Positions 19,650-27,874 of a DNA stretch of 64,000 bases are shown one piece after another (position 1 is the stretch's first letter; every line of letters begins with the position of its first letter). Source of the stretch: a virus. The stretch is taken from IMG/VR virus record IMGVR_UViG_3300047476_001680, positions 24,751 through 88,750 of that record; one strand, 5' to 3'. A program made the translations under genes and the position numbers. Below the pieces are notes generated by a model. It saw nothing but the letters and a program-made list of their open reading frames with translations. It was not told the DNA's origin and searched no databases.

Positions 19650-20605
19650 CCCTCAATTCTACGGATGACGTCTAGTTCAGTCATCATTACTTCAGTGTTT
19701 CTCTGCCCAGTACTATAATGATGCTTGAAAAATTTACTTTGTTCAGGAGACAAAGTTGTTATAGGTAACCCCAGTCGATTTTTTAGAGAATCTTCAATGT
19801 TTTGACAGCCCACTAGTGGATCTTCCTTGCCAAAACTATCCCAGAGTTTTTCTAACATATCAAAATCTTGAACGTGATGGTGATCCCATTTTTCCAGCAT
19901 AATCATATATGTGCCCAGTCTGGCTCCATACATTGCCCAGTAACCATTTTCTACATCTGCTCCCACACTCTGCCAGATGCATAGATGATCGTAATTACGA
20001 TTGTTAACCTTTTGTTCGAACTCTTGTAGTGTCGGTTTGTGTCCGCGATCTAGACACATCTTCACTCCTTCACGAAACCCAGCACGCCAGGCCTGTTTGG
20101 CACTGCCGTTGGGATAGGTGGTACTATAACAATTATGCATCGCAAAATATTTTGGATCAAAACAAAACTCCACCGATGTTTCTTCTCTGCCGTCGGAGTT
20201 TTCGTGAGTACGCATATTGTTGACAAATTCGCGGCTCCAGACACTGAGACCACCATTACCATACCTTAAACCATTGATGACATTTCTGGCTTTCCAACGG
20301 AAGGCTGCACCCTGGTATTCTGGTTTTAATGTCAACTGTAGGTTAAAAAATTCTGGATCAGGTAGGTTATCACCATCAATTAATACAAACCATTCAGTGT
20401 CACTGGTGTTGGCTGCGGCCTTGTGAGCAGCATCAGACCCCTTGATGCCATCAACCCTCTTGGCCCAGGGAATCATATTTTGTATCTTAACCCAAAAGTC
20501 TTCCTTTTTGGGTTCATCATAGGTTAAGAAAATTACATCTAGGTCAGCAATATCAAGTGTGTCGATGTGTGTAGTCATAATAGTCAATGTGTTCAAAATC
20601 TTCAA
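19643..20605 (-). CDS. Glycosyltransferase-like protein (GT-A fold, DxD motif)
   Basis: LDVIFLTYDEP...AHKAAANTSDTEWFVLIDGDN...YGNGG...WRAGFRE. The real start is probably somewhat downstream of the ORF-track start. Confidence 0.7.
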   Translation of the reverse strand: MKILNTLTIMTTHIDTLDIADLDVIFLTYDEPKKEDFWVKIQNMIPWAKRVDGIKGSDAAHKAAANTSDTEWFVLIDGDNLPDPEFFNLQLTLKPEYQGAAFRWKARNVINGLRYGNGGLSVWSREFVNNMRTHENSDGREETSVEFCFDPKYFAMHNCYSTTYPNGSAKQAWRAGFREGVKMCLDRGHKPTLQEFEQKVNNRNYDHLCIWQSVGADVENGYWAMYGARLGTYMIMLEKWDHHHVQDFDMLEKLWDSFGKEDPLVGCQNIEDSLKNRLGLPITTLSPEQSKFFKHHYSTGQRNTEVMMTELDVIRRIEGW

Positions 20606-20933
20606 GGTCGTTTTTTTCTAGTACCAGGGCTGCGTGTCCTGGCACTGTGGGAATACCGGTACTACTTTTTTTAAGTTTTCTTTTTAGCTCAACACTGTGC
20701 ACAATGAGTTCAGCTACTCTATCCTTAATGTGATACTGGTGATAATTATGATATATTTCTTGTTCAACAACTATATAAGGTAATTCTGTCCCAGGATGGT
20801 TTATCATACTGCACATTTTGATATCACCATTTTCATTATAGTACCATCGATATTCAGGAATCTCAGGTCTATAATCCAGGTGCTCCTGGTAGGCTGCCAT
20901 CAAGGCTTTAAATAATTCCTGCTCTGCGTTCAT
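20553..20933 (-). CDS. Hypothetical protein, 126 aa
   Basis: ORF overlapping both operon neighbours. Confidence 0.7.
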   Translation of the reverse strand: MNAEQELFKALMAAYQEHLDYRPEIPEYRWYYNENGDIKMCSMINHPGTELPYIVVEQEIYHNYHQYHIKDRVAELIVHSVELKRKLKKSSTGIPTVPGHAALVLEKNDLEDFEHIDYYDYTHRHT

Positions 20934-21765
20934 AGTATTCGATTAATTCCTGTGTGGCATACTCTTTTTCGTAATAGTGAACTGGCCAATATTGATTTAC
21001 ACCATTAATACGTATCATATCCCCGTCACGTTCACTCATAACTGCATCATACCAGGGTATGCCCACATTGTAGCCATTTATTTCTGGTTTCATATGTGCA
21101 AACTTTATAAAATCCAAACTGGGCAGTGTGACATTTTCCACCCCAATCATCTGTGCTGTCACCGCATATAATACATCAGTACTAGGCACATCTTCGCGAC
21201 AATTCTTTAACACTTTATTTTTTAATTCGTCCCAGTGTTCTCGAATTTGATTGGCTGTTCTAAAAAAATTAGCGCCAGTATGAGAAAATCTGAAATACAT
21301 CAGCCCAGTGTATACATCAGGTAATGAATTACTGTCAAAAAATCTTCTGTATTCTCTACTAGTTGCTGGAATTCCCAGACTGGTTAGACAACCCAGAGGC
21401 ATTAATACATCGCGAAGTCTAAAACTTGGTAACCAATGATCTATGCTGCTAGTAAAAAGAAGATCACTTTCTAACTTGATAGTTTCTTTAAAAGGCGTTA
21501 GGCTAAATGTCTGGCACTCGTTGGCCAGTCTCCATTTAGAGTCGTCAGAATTATAATTATTTTCGATCTCAATGACGTAATCAAAAACTCTCCGATGCCG
21601 GTCAGTCAGTAACTCTGCTGTTTTTTTATCAACCACCACCGCATATTTGTTTTGCTTTTGTGTGCATTTAACATTAAGAGCCTGCAGATAAGCTAGACTC
21701 AAATAGTCTACCTCTGATGTATTTTCGGCTATGGTTAAAAAACCCAGTTGTTCTTTATGCTGCAT
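20908..21765 (-). CDS. Glycosyltransferase-like protein (GT8-like), paralogue of 21755-22567
   Basis: FDYVI...LTPFKETIKLESDLL...YTGLMYF, with an ExD variant of DxD. Confidence 0.65.
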   Translation of the reverse strand: MQHKEQLGFLTIAENTSEVDYLSLAYLQALNVKCTQKQNKYAVVVDKKTAELLTDRHRRVFDYVIEIENNYNSDDSKWRLANECQTFSLTPFKETIKLESDLLFTSSIDHWLPSFRLRDVLMPLGCLTSLGIPATSREYRRFFDSNSLPDVYTGLMYFRFSHTGANFFRTANQIREHWDELKNKVLKNCREDVPSTDVLYAVTAQMIGVENVTLPSLDFIKFAHMKPEINGYNVGIPWYDAVMSERDGDMIRINGVNQYWPVHYYEKEYATQELIEYYERRAGII

Positions 21766-22567
21766 TACTAATATATTGTTCTAAAAAATTATTAAAATTG
21801 TCTGATAACAAATACATCTTGTCCATAACGTGTATGTCCTGTATGGGAGATATCAATGCTCTGTCCCTTGTTCGTATTACTATTGAGTTATTGAGACTTT
21901 CCATTGCCTTGATTTCATTATCAAAAGTAAACATCGACCAGGGTATTCGTTTATTTTTCTCTAGTTTATACCCGTTGATAACTAGATCCGCGATGGCGAA
22001 GGCGTAATCATTTCTATAACTCTGATTAAAAATATTAAACATTGCACAGTAGTAACTATATCTATTTTCTATCCTCCTTACCAAATCAAATAAACTTTGG
22101 CTTACTGGTGTTCTATTAAAAACAATCACGGTGGCCCAGATATAGTTTATACTGCCGCGAGCCATTGGTTGTGTCAGTGTTTCGTACCCATTGTAACTAT
22201 CTCCCATAATTTTATAGTCGAAATCAGCATCCATCAATTTGGCAAGATTATCTGTGAGAGGCAAATAATCAGCGTCAATTAAAATAGTGGTGTCGTAAGG
22301 ACTGAGCTCGTAGGCACTGTATCTGCTTTTATTCCTCCAAGCCCAGGCCTGGTTATTATAATATTTGGTATTAGAATTATCTAGTGCATCAATGTTTATA
22401 ATCTTATCAAATAATGAATTTTGGTAATCTTGAGAATCAGTGATCAGAGTTACAGGAAGTGCTAGTGTATGCTGCACTAGTTGTGCACATCTCGATGCTA
22501 TTTTTAGGTAATCTATTTGCTCAGTATTACTGGCAAACATAACCACTCCTTTAGACTTTTCTGACAC
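21755..22567 (-). CDS. Glycosyltransferase-like protein (GT8-like)
   Basis: FDKII...YELSPYDTTILIDADYL...WATVIVF...RNDYAFAIA. Confidence 0.7.
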   Translation of the reverse strand: MSEKSKGVVMFASNTEQIDYLKIASRCAQLVQHTLALPVTLITDSQDYQNSLFDKIINIDALDNSNTKYYNNQAWAWRNKSRYSAYELSPYDTTILIDADYLPLTDNLAKLMDADFDYKIMGDSYNGYETLTQPMARGSINYIWATVIVFNRTPVSQSLFDLVRRIENRYSYYCAMFNIFNQSYRNDYAFAIADLVINGYKLEKNKRIPWSMFTFDNEIKAMESLNNSIVIRTRDRALISPIQDIHVMDKMYLLSDNFNNFLEQYISNAA

Positions 22568-22865
22568 GAGTTATTTCCTGATATTGCTGATGCCAAGCGT
22601 TCATTTGTACTTGATAGTGTTGCCGGGCTAGGTCGTAGAATTCAGTTCGATTTACCTTTACTGGATTTTCATAAACGTCTGCCAGAAATAATTCCTCATC
22701 AGGCCAGGTTGCCACAAAGGATAATAATTCGGGAGTTGCCAAGAACATCCCGCCATTATAAGTAAAATGCAGATTGGTTTTTATTGCTTCCCTGATTAAC
22801 TTTTTGTTTATCTGGATATCAGTTGCTTGTCGCACTGATTCCGCTAGCTGACTTATTGAATTCAT
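22551..22865 (-). CDS. Hypothetical protein, first gene of the modification operon
   Basis: ORF directly downstream of the sigma70 promoter and overlapping the next gene. Confidence 0.75.
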   Translation of the reverse strand: MNSISQLAESVRQATDIQINKKLIREAIKTNLHFTYNGGMFLATPELLSFVATWPDEELFLADVYENPVKVNRTEFYDLARQHYQVQMNAWHQQYQEITRVRKV

Positions 22866-22877
22866 AATTTAAATGTG

Positions 22878-22909
22878 ATAAAGGCCTACAGTAGTATACT
22901 ATAGGCCTT
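22878..22909 (-). terminator. 13-bp hairpin, probable terminator of the tail-fibre transcript
   Basis: AAGGCCTATAGTA-TAC-TACTGTAGGCCTT on the minus strand, with one G-U pair that works only on this strand. The U tail is weak. Confidence 0.5.
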
Positions 22910-22921
22910 GAGCAGTGTCAA
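22893..22921 (-). promoter_or_regulatory. Sigma70-type promoter TTGACA-N17-TATACT driving the modification operon
   Basis: The -35 box is at 22921-22916 and the -10 box at 22898-22893, with a 17-nt spacer. Confidence 0.8.
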
Positions 22922-22941
22922 TATTTTATTGGTAATTGCTT

Positions 22942-23892
22942 TTAGGTAATTGTTATAGTACCCCAAGTGTTTGCCAAGAAAGTTGTTTCTGGTGGTACGA
23001 TATCGATTCTAGTAGTAATGGTACCAGAAATATCATCGCTAGTAGTGTCTGCACCAGATTCAGCAGACTGGAATCCTTGGTTGATTGTGTAGGTAAAAGT
23101 TAACACATTACCCACATCCAGGTAGGTGGCGTCCTGTTGGCCATTGGTTCTTAGTCTTAGGGTAACGTTACTATCAGTATATTGAGCTGTAGTGGCTGTT
23201 GCCTGGAATAAAGTAACGTTAGATGAGGTCAATTGCCAGTAGCCCACGTTAGTTGTGTCAGTGACTGAACCGCCACCAGTGCCTGATCTTGCAGAAGCAT
23301 TGCCACCGCGAATAGTCTTGGCAGTCATCATTGGCTGGAAAGCCACGAATGTCGCGCCCCTTGAGGTGGAGTCAGTTCTAGTAATTGCAGGCACATTGAA
23401 AACAATGGCGCCACCAGCATTAAAGAAGAATCTGGCTGCATCTGGACTGGCAAAGCTTACTGTCCTGGTAACGTTTACAGTGTACAGTGCAGAAGAAGTT
23501 GTAGAATAAGAAGCGTTGGCATTGGTGCCAGTAATAGTTGTACCCACTGCGCTGTAGTTATTACGATTGGTATAAGCTGTGGTTAAGTTACCAGTGACCT
23601 GACTGTAAAAAGTAATAGTGTCACCAGCAACAGGCAAAGTGGTAATAATGTTTGCACCAGAATCTTGATGTCGACGCATTTGGTTTAAATCATTAAAAAA
23701 CTCTGACCATTGAGTAGCAGTAACAGTGTTGCCCACTGTTACGTTTGCAGGCACTACTTGTCCATAGCCGCTGTCACCTTTTCCTCTACCCCAGACAGTG
23801 GCAAGTTCTCCGGATATTTTGGCGCCGGCATTACTTCCTATAAAACTATTATAGTCAGATGCTTGAATTAAACCAGTTTGTGCGTAAGTCAT
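22942..23892 (-). CDS. Virion structural protein (Thr/Ser/Gly-rich, tail associated)
   Basis: GYGQ...VTATQW N-terminal motif, FFFNAGG, beta-rich composition and position in the tail block. Confidence 0.7.
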   Translation of the reverse strand: MTYAQTGLIQASDYNSFIGSNAGAKISGELATVWGRGKGDSGYGQVVPANVTVGNTVTATQWSEFFNDLNQMRRHQDSGANIITTLPVAGDTITFYSQVTGNLTTAYTNRNNYSAVGTTITGTNANASYSTTSSALYTVNVTRTVSFASPDAARFFFNAGGAIVFNVPAITRTDSTSRGATFVAFQPMMTAKTIRGGNASARSGTGGGSVTDTTNVGYWQLTSSNVTLFQATATTAQYTDSNVTLRLRTNGQQDATYLDVGNVLTFTYTINQGFQSAESGADTTSDDISGTITTRIDIVPPETTFLANTWGTITIT

Positions 23893-23914
23893 ATCTTATT
23901 CCTAAAATTTCTAT

Positions 23915-25414
23915 TTAAATATTTATTCTAACGATAGCCAGCACTGTATTTTCTCCCTCGTCTTTTTTATCTTCAAGAGATCTACCTATAACGTTAAATG
24001 GGGTAACTTCCTCAGATTTGGCGGCACGGGCCAGACCGTTTCCTGCAGATACCAAGCGATCTCCTTTGGAGACAGCGCCAATGGCTCTTACTGGGACGCG
24101 ACCTGATAGTACTACCGCAGGATGTGATTTTTCGTCACCAACTTCTGAGTTCATTAAGTATGCGGGAGCAGTACTGATTACTCCAAGAACATCTTGACTC
24201 AGTTCTTGTGTTTCCAGAGTGACTTCATAGAAACCACCCACACGCACTAATGTGCCAGGTTGGTAAACATTATCTGCTGCAAATCTTTCGGCCAAGTCAG
24301 CGTATTCGGCTGAACTAGCTCTACCTTGGAGAGTGACTGCTGTAATAGTGTTAGCAAATACATTACTAAAGTATCTAGTACTACTACCTATTGTACCACT
24401 TATATTAGATGCAGGTATTACATTACTGGTGTTTATAGTTACATTACCAACAACTACACTGGAAGTTGCGGCATAGGTGGCTGCTTGCACCTGTGTATTA
24501 GAGTAAATTCTCAGTGCTTCTACACTGCTACCAGAATTGACGACGTTTACTGCAATGTCACCGCTGTTAACGGTGTTTTGTAACCTTACTAAACTGGTTG
24601 ATCCGCCCACAATTCGGAACTGGCTGGCATTACCAAAACTTACACCAGCCTCATTGGTAGAAGAAAACTGTATGGCGCCGCTCAAGACTTGGCCATTGCC
24701 TGTTGTGGTGACATAGGCGTTGGCATCAATATTACCTAGTTTATCTGAATTAGTGGCAGTTCCGACTAGTTTAACGTTGGCACTGCTAAATGTGAAACCT
24801 GTATATAAGTTGGCATTAGAACCAAAAGATGTCGTAATGTCCGTGGTTAATGTGCTGGCATCTGACCCCATTGTGAAATCACTGCCGCTCAGGACTGCCA
24901 CAACATTGCCATCAATATAGAATGCTGTGACAGTTTTACTTGCCCCCACACTACTATCAACTGTACCAGTTACCGTGCCACTGGTGCCGGCATTACTACT
25001 AAATGTGCTTTCACCAACTTTGACCCAGGCGTTGCCATTGTAAATTTTTAGTGCTTTGTTAGCTGGATCTGTGGTCTTGTCAAACCAAAGGTCGCCTTCT
25101 TTGACAGTGGCTGAAGCTGCTACTACATTACTGATAGTCAGCTTGGCCAGACTGTTAAATCGAGTGCCATCATATACTTTAAGTGACAAGTTGGCTTTAT
25201 CGTACCATAACTGACCGGTTAAAATATTTGTGGGATTGGGCTGCGTATCGCTGGCAAAATTTTCAGTAATTCTTAGAAAATTTTGATTCAGGGCTGGGCC
25301 GTAATCTGCTGAGTTTTTACCAATGAACTGAACTACATAGTCAGTGGTAGGAGTAACTAGACCTGCACTAATTGACAGTGGGGTGCCGTCTTGTTTATTA
25401 ATTGTATATGCCAT
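23915..25414 (-). CDS. Tail fibre with C-terminal autocleaving chaperone domain (Peptidase G2-like)
   Basis: N-terminal GKN..YG..LNQNF...ENFA...GQLWYD. C-terminal YADLAE...GVISTAPAYLMN...GRVPV...KGDRLV. Confidence 0.8.
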   Translation of the reverse strand: MAYTINKQDGTPLSISAGLVTPTTDYVVQFIGKNSADYGPALNQNFLRITENFASDTQPNPTNILTGQLWYDKANLSLKVYDGTRFNSLAKLTISNVVAASATVKEGDLWFDKTTDPANKALKIYNGNAWVKVGESTFSSNAGTSGTVTGTVDSSVGASKTVTAFYIDGNVVAVLSGSDFTMGSDASTLTTDITTSFGSNANLYTGFTFSSANVKLVGTATNSDKLGNIDANAYVTTTGNGQVLSGAIQFSSTNEAGVSFGNASQFRIVGGSTSLVRLQNTVNSGDIAVNVVNSGSSVEALRIYSNTQVQAATYAATSSVVVGNVTINTSNVIPASNISGTIGSSTRYFSNVFANTITAVTLQGRASSAEYADLAERFAADNVYQPGTLVRVGGFYEVTLETQELSQDVLGVISTAPAYLMNSEVGDEKSHPAVVLSGRVPVRAIGAVSKGDRLVSAGNGLARAAKSEEVTPFNVIGRSLEDKKDEGENTVLAIVRINI

Positions 25415-25436
25415 TGTTCTAATCCAATAATAAGTG

Positions 25437-25444
25437 TATTTATC
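25437..25444 (-). promoter_or_regulatory. Late promoter GATAAATA upstream of the 499-aa fibre
   Basis: Octamer in an intergenic gap. Confidence 0.7.
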
Positions 25445-25452
25445 CCTAGTCG

Positions 25453-26088
25453 TTAAGCATTGCTTGTGAGGTTAGTCAAACTTTGAATTCTTATAGTATA
25501 ATCAATTTGAATTAACCTGTTCAGCGCCTTCTGAACTGGATGAAATATAACGTGTGTGAGTAATCTTCCTGTTTTTTGCACAGAGCTTTCAGTATAGGGA
25601 TCATTTGACACTATACCAAGCTCGTCAAATACGAAGTCGCCGCTTAGAGTAGCACTATTGTCAAAAGCAGCTTGTCCAGCAGGCTCTGAGTAATCCAAGA
25701 GGCAGCTGATAAAAATATCCGTGTAGACTGTGCCGTCGGTGTGGCGCACCTCTACGAAATTTTTGGCTGTATCTGTATTAAGTGGGCTGTTATTGTCCAC
25801 TACTTTAAAATAGGTTTGGTTGTAGAGATCAGCGTTTCTTCCGTCGCTGGTATTTGTTTTAGTTGGCAAATACGTCACTATACCCGTGCTGTCAATGGCT
25901 GTGGCGCCGTTGCCAAAGGCCATAAGGTAAATAGTACCCAACCCTTTGTTGGCGAAGCTCTTGGCCAGGGCTTCACTCATATTTTCAAAATGAATAGCAT
26001 TGGACTTGTCAACAAATACTTCCGCAGTGACAGGGTCAAATATTTTAATATGCCCCATCATCATAGTATTATTTTTATCAAACATCAC
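25453..26088 (-). CDS. Baseplate/tail-associated structural protein
   Basis: MAFGNG, FDELG and LLTHVIFHPVQK motifs, in the tail block. Confidence 0.7.
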   Translation of the reverse strand: MMFDKNNTMMMGHIKIFDPVTAEVFVDKSNAIHFENMSEALAKSFANKGLGTIYLMAFGNGATAIDSTGIVTYLPTKTNTSDGRNADLYNQTYFKVVDNNSPLNTDTAKNFVEVRHTDGTVYTDIFISCLLDYSEPAGQAAFDNSATLSGDFVFDELGIVSNDPYTESSVQKTGRLLTHVIFHPVQKALNRLIQIDYTIRIQSLTNLTSNA

Positions 26089-26235
26089 TTAGTTTCCAGT
26101 TTCAACAATGGTTTGCCCCGATTCGGGGTCAGTTATCTTTAGAAATCCACGAACATAGATGCCGCTAAGGTCATCTGGTTTTGTCTCGGGTGTGGGTTTT
26201 TCCTGATCTCTTTCAGTATTTTCATTATTTATCAT
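26089..26235 (-). CDS. Small protein, 48 aa (MINNENTERDQEKPTPETKPDDLSGIYVRGFLKITDPESGQTIVETGN); not in the ORF track
   Basis: Its ATG overlaps the upstream TGA (ATGA) and its TAA abuts the next start. The C-terminus resembles the N-terminus of the next gene. Confidence 0.7.
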   Translation of the reverse strand: MINNENTERDQEKPTPETKPDDLSGIYVRGFLKITDPESGQTIVETGN

Positions 26236-27824
26236 AATATCATAGCCCAGATTTTATGTAATCCCTGCTGGTCACTGTTCTCTAAACTCTTGGCAAACAC
26301 TGCATTGGAGTCATAACTTTCAGTTAGATTACGAACAGATACAGCGTACCCAGCTACGTCACTGGTTACAAGTAGATCACCTTTCTGCACTGGTCCTTTG
26401 ACATTGACTGGGATTTTCCCACGTAGTGCAAGCGGTAGACCTTGTTCGTCACCATTCATCAGATATGCGGGATTAGTAGATATAGCGCCAGCCACACGGG
26501 TGTCTGCGTTGATCGTTGTCACTGTAATTTCTGCACTACCTCCAAAAATTACCACAGTGCCAGCGTCATATTGTGAGTCAGGTACATATATCTCTGCTAA
26601 GTCAGCGTACTGTGCACTGGTGGCCTTGGCGTGCAAAGTATTAAATCTATTATCAATCTGCCCAATGTTGCCAATGTTACTAGTGCCTGTTTTAACAATC
26701 TGACTGACTGTTAAACTTGTGGCGAACTCGCCAGTGGGGGCCACTACACTTGTATTTGCATTTAAATTAGCAGCAGTGATATTTCCATTTGCAGACAAAA
26801 TACCAGCACGTACATTACTGGAAATTACTGTGCCTATTAGGTTACCAGCTGTCACATTAGTAGCTATGACAAACCTTGTATTAATAGTTGAAATGTGAGC
26901 ATTGCTGAACCAATTAGCTGTGTTGCCTATGTTGGCCACATTCGCCGCAGTGGGCACAATAGCGTTGGCTGTAAGTGCAAATAAATCAATATACCCGTTT
27001 CCTGCAAATATATTATTGTATCTATTAGTTGTATTACCCAAGGTCCCAGATAGGTTTGATATGGGCGACACTTCTGCCAGTGTAGTTACATTACCAGTCA
27101 AGGTACTTGTTGTGTTAACAATGAGTTTATCAGCGGTTATGTAATTGCTTATGGTTGCCACAGGTGTGGTCAAAGTTGTATTTGACAGTATGCTGGTTGC
27201 TGTTAACACGTTTCCATTGATATCGCCCTGTGCTGTCAAAATTCCCTGCAGATGTATGTTGCCAGCCACGCCCACGCCGCCTGCCACCCTTAGGGCACCA
27301 GTAGTACTAGATATAGAGTTAGTAGCATTACCGACCACAACCTCACCAGTGGAAAAAGTACCCAAAATACTGTTAGCACTAATTACACCATTTGCATTAC
27401 TTGCTCCTGAACCGAACCAAGTTAAGTAATTTGTGTCTGGCTGTAAAACCAGTGCAGCAACATCAGGGGCAGCGTTGGCCACATAATAAAGTCTTACACC
27501 CACGCTTTTATTATTTGCTGTGATTACATTGGGCAGGGTAAGATTAGCATCTGTTTGCACTTCGATCAAGTTGCTAGCTGAGGATACTGATGTCAGTGTT
27601 ACAGTAGTTTGATTGGGGGCAAAAAGTGTTCCATTTACAGTAACATTACCAGAGTATGTAATATCCCCAGTGGTTATGAAGCTTTTTAAGTTGGTCAAAC
27701 TTACCTGATAGGTCATTAGGTTACCAGTGGTAAGATTCGACGCTACCACTGGAAGACTGCCTCCCGTGGACACCAAGGTTGCAACTGATACGTCATCATT
27801 GAGTTGACTAATTTTTACTGACAT
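26232..27824 (-). CDS. Tail fibre (Asn/Thr-rich beta repeats) with C-terminal autocleaving chaperone domain
   Basis: MSVKISQL N-terminus and TGALRVAGGVGVAGNI repeat. C-terminal YADLAE...AISTNPAYLMN...GKIPV...KGDLLV. Confidence 0.8.
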   Translation of the reverse strand: MSVKISQLNDDVSVATLVSTGGSLPVVASNLTTGNLMTYQVSLTNLKSFITTGDITYSGNVTVNGTLFAPNQTTVTLTSVSSASNLIEVQTDANLTLPNVITANNKSVGVRLYYVANAAPDVAALVLQPDTNYLTWFGSGASNANGVISANSILGTFSTGEVVVGNATNSISSTTGALRVAGGVGVAGNIHLQGILTAQGDINGNVLTATSILSNTTLTTPVATISNYITADKLIVNTTSTLTGNVTTLAEVSPISNLSGTLGNTTNRYNNIFAGNGYIDLFALTANAIVPTAANVANIGNTANWFSNAHISTINTRFVIATNVTAGNLIGTVISSNVRAGILSANGNITAANLNANTSVVAPTGEFATSLTVSQIVKTGTSNIGNIGQIDNRFNTLHAKATSAQYADLAEIYVPDSQYDAGTVVIFGGSAEITVTTINADTRVAGAISTNPAYLMNGDEQGLPLALRGKIPVNVKGPVQKGDLLVTSDVAGYAVSVRNLTESYDSNAVFAKSLENSDQQGLHKIWAMIL

Positions 27825-27845
27825 TTTTTATTCCAATCGTTTCTA

Positions 27846-27853
27846 TATTTATT
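27846..27853 (-). promoter_or_regulatory. Late promoter AATAAATA upstream of the 530-aa fibre
   Basis: Octamer in an intergenic gap. Confidence 0.65.
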
Positions 27854-27874
27854 TGTATCTATAAACTGCATATA

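Noticed and set aside
22942-27824. Enrichment of N-X-S/T glycosylation sequons in fibre proteins
   Set aside because: Hand counts (8 of 24 Asn in the 316-aa protein, about 16 of roughly 59 in the 530-aa protein) are close to what the high Ser/Thr content predicts.
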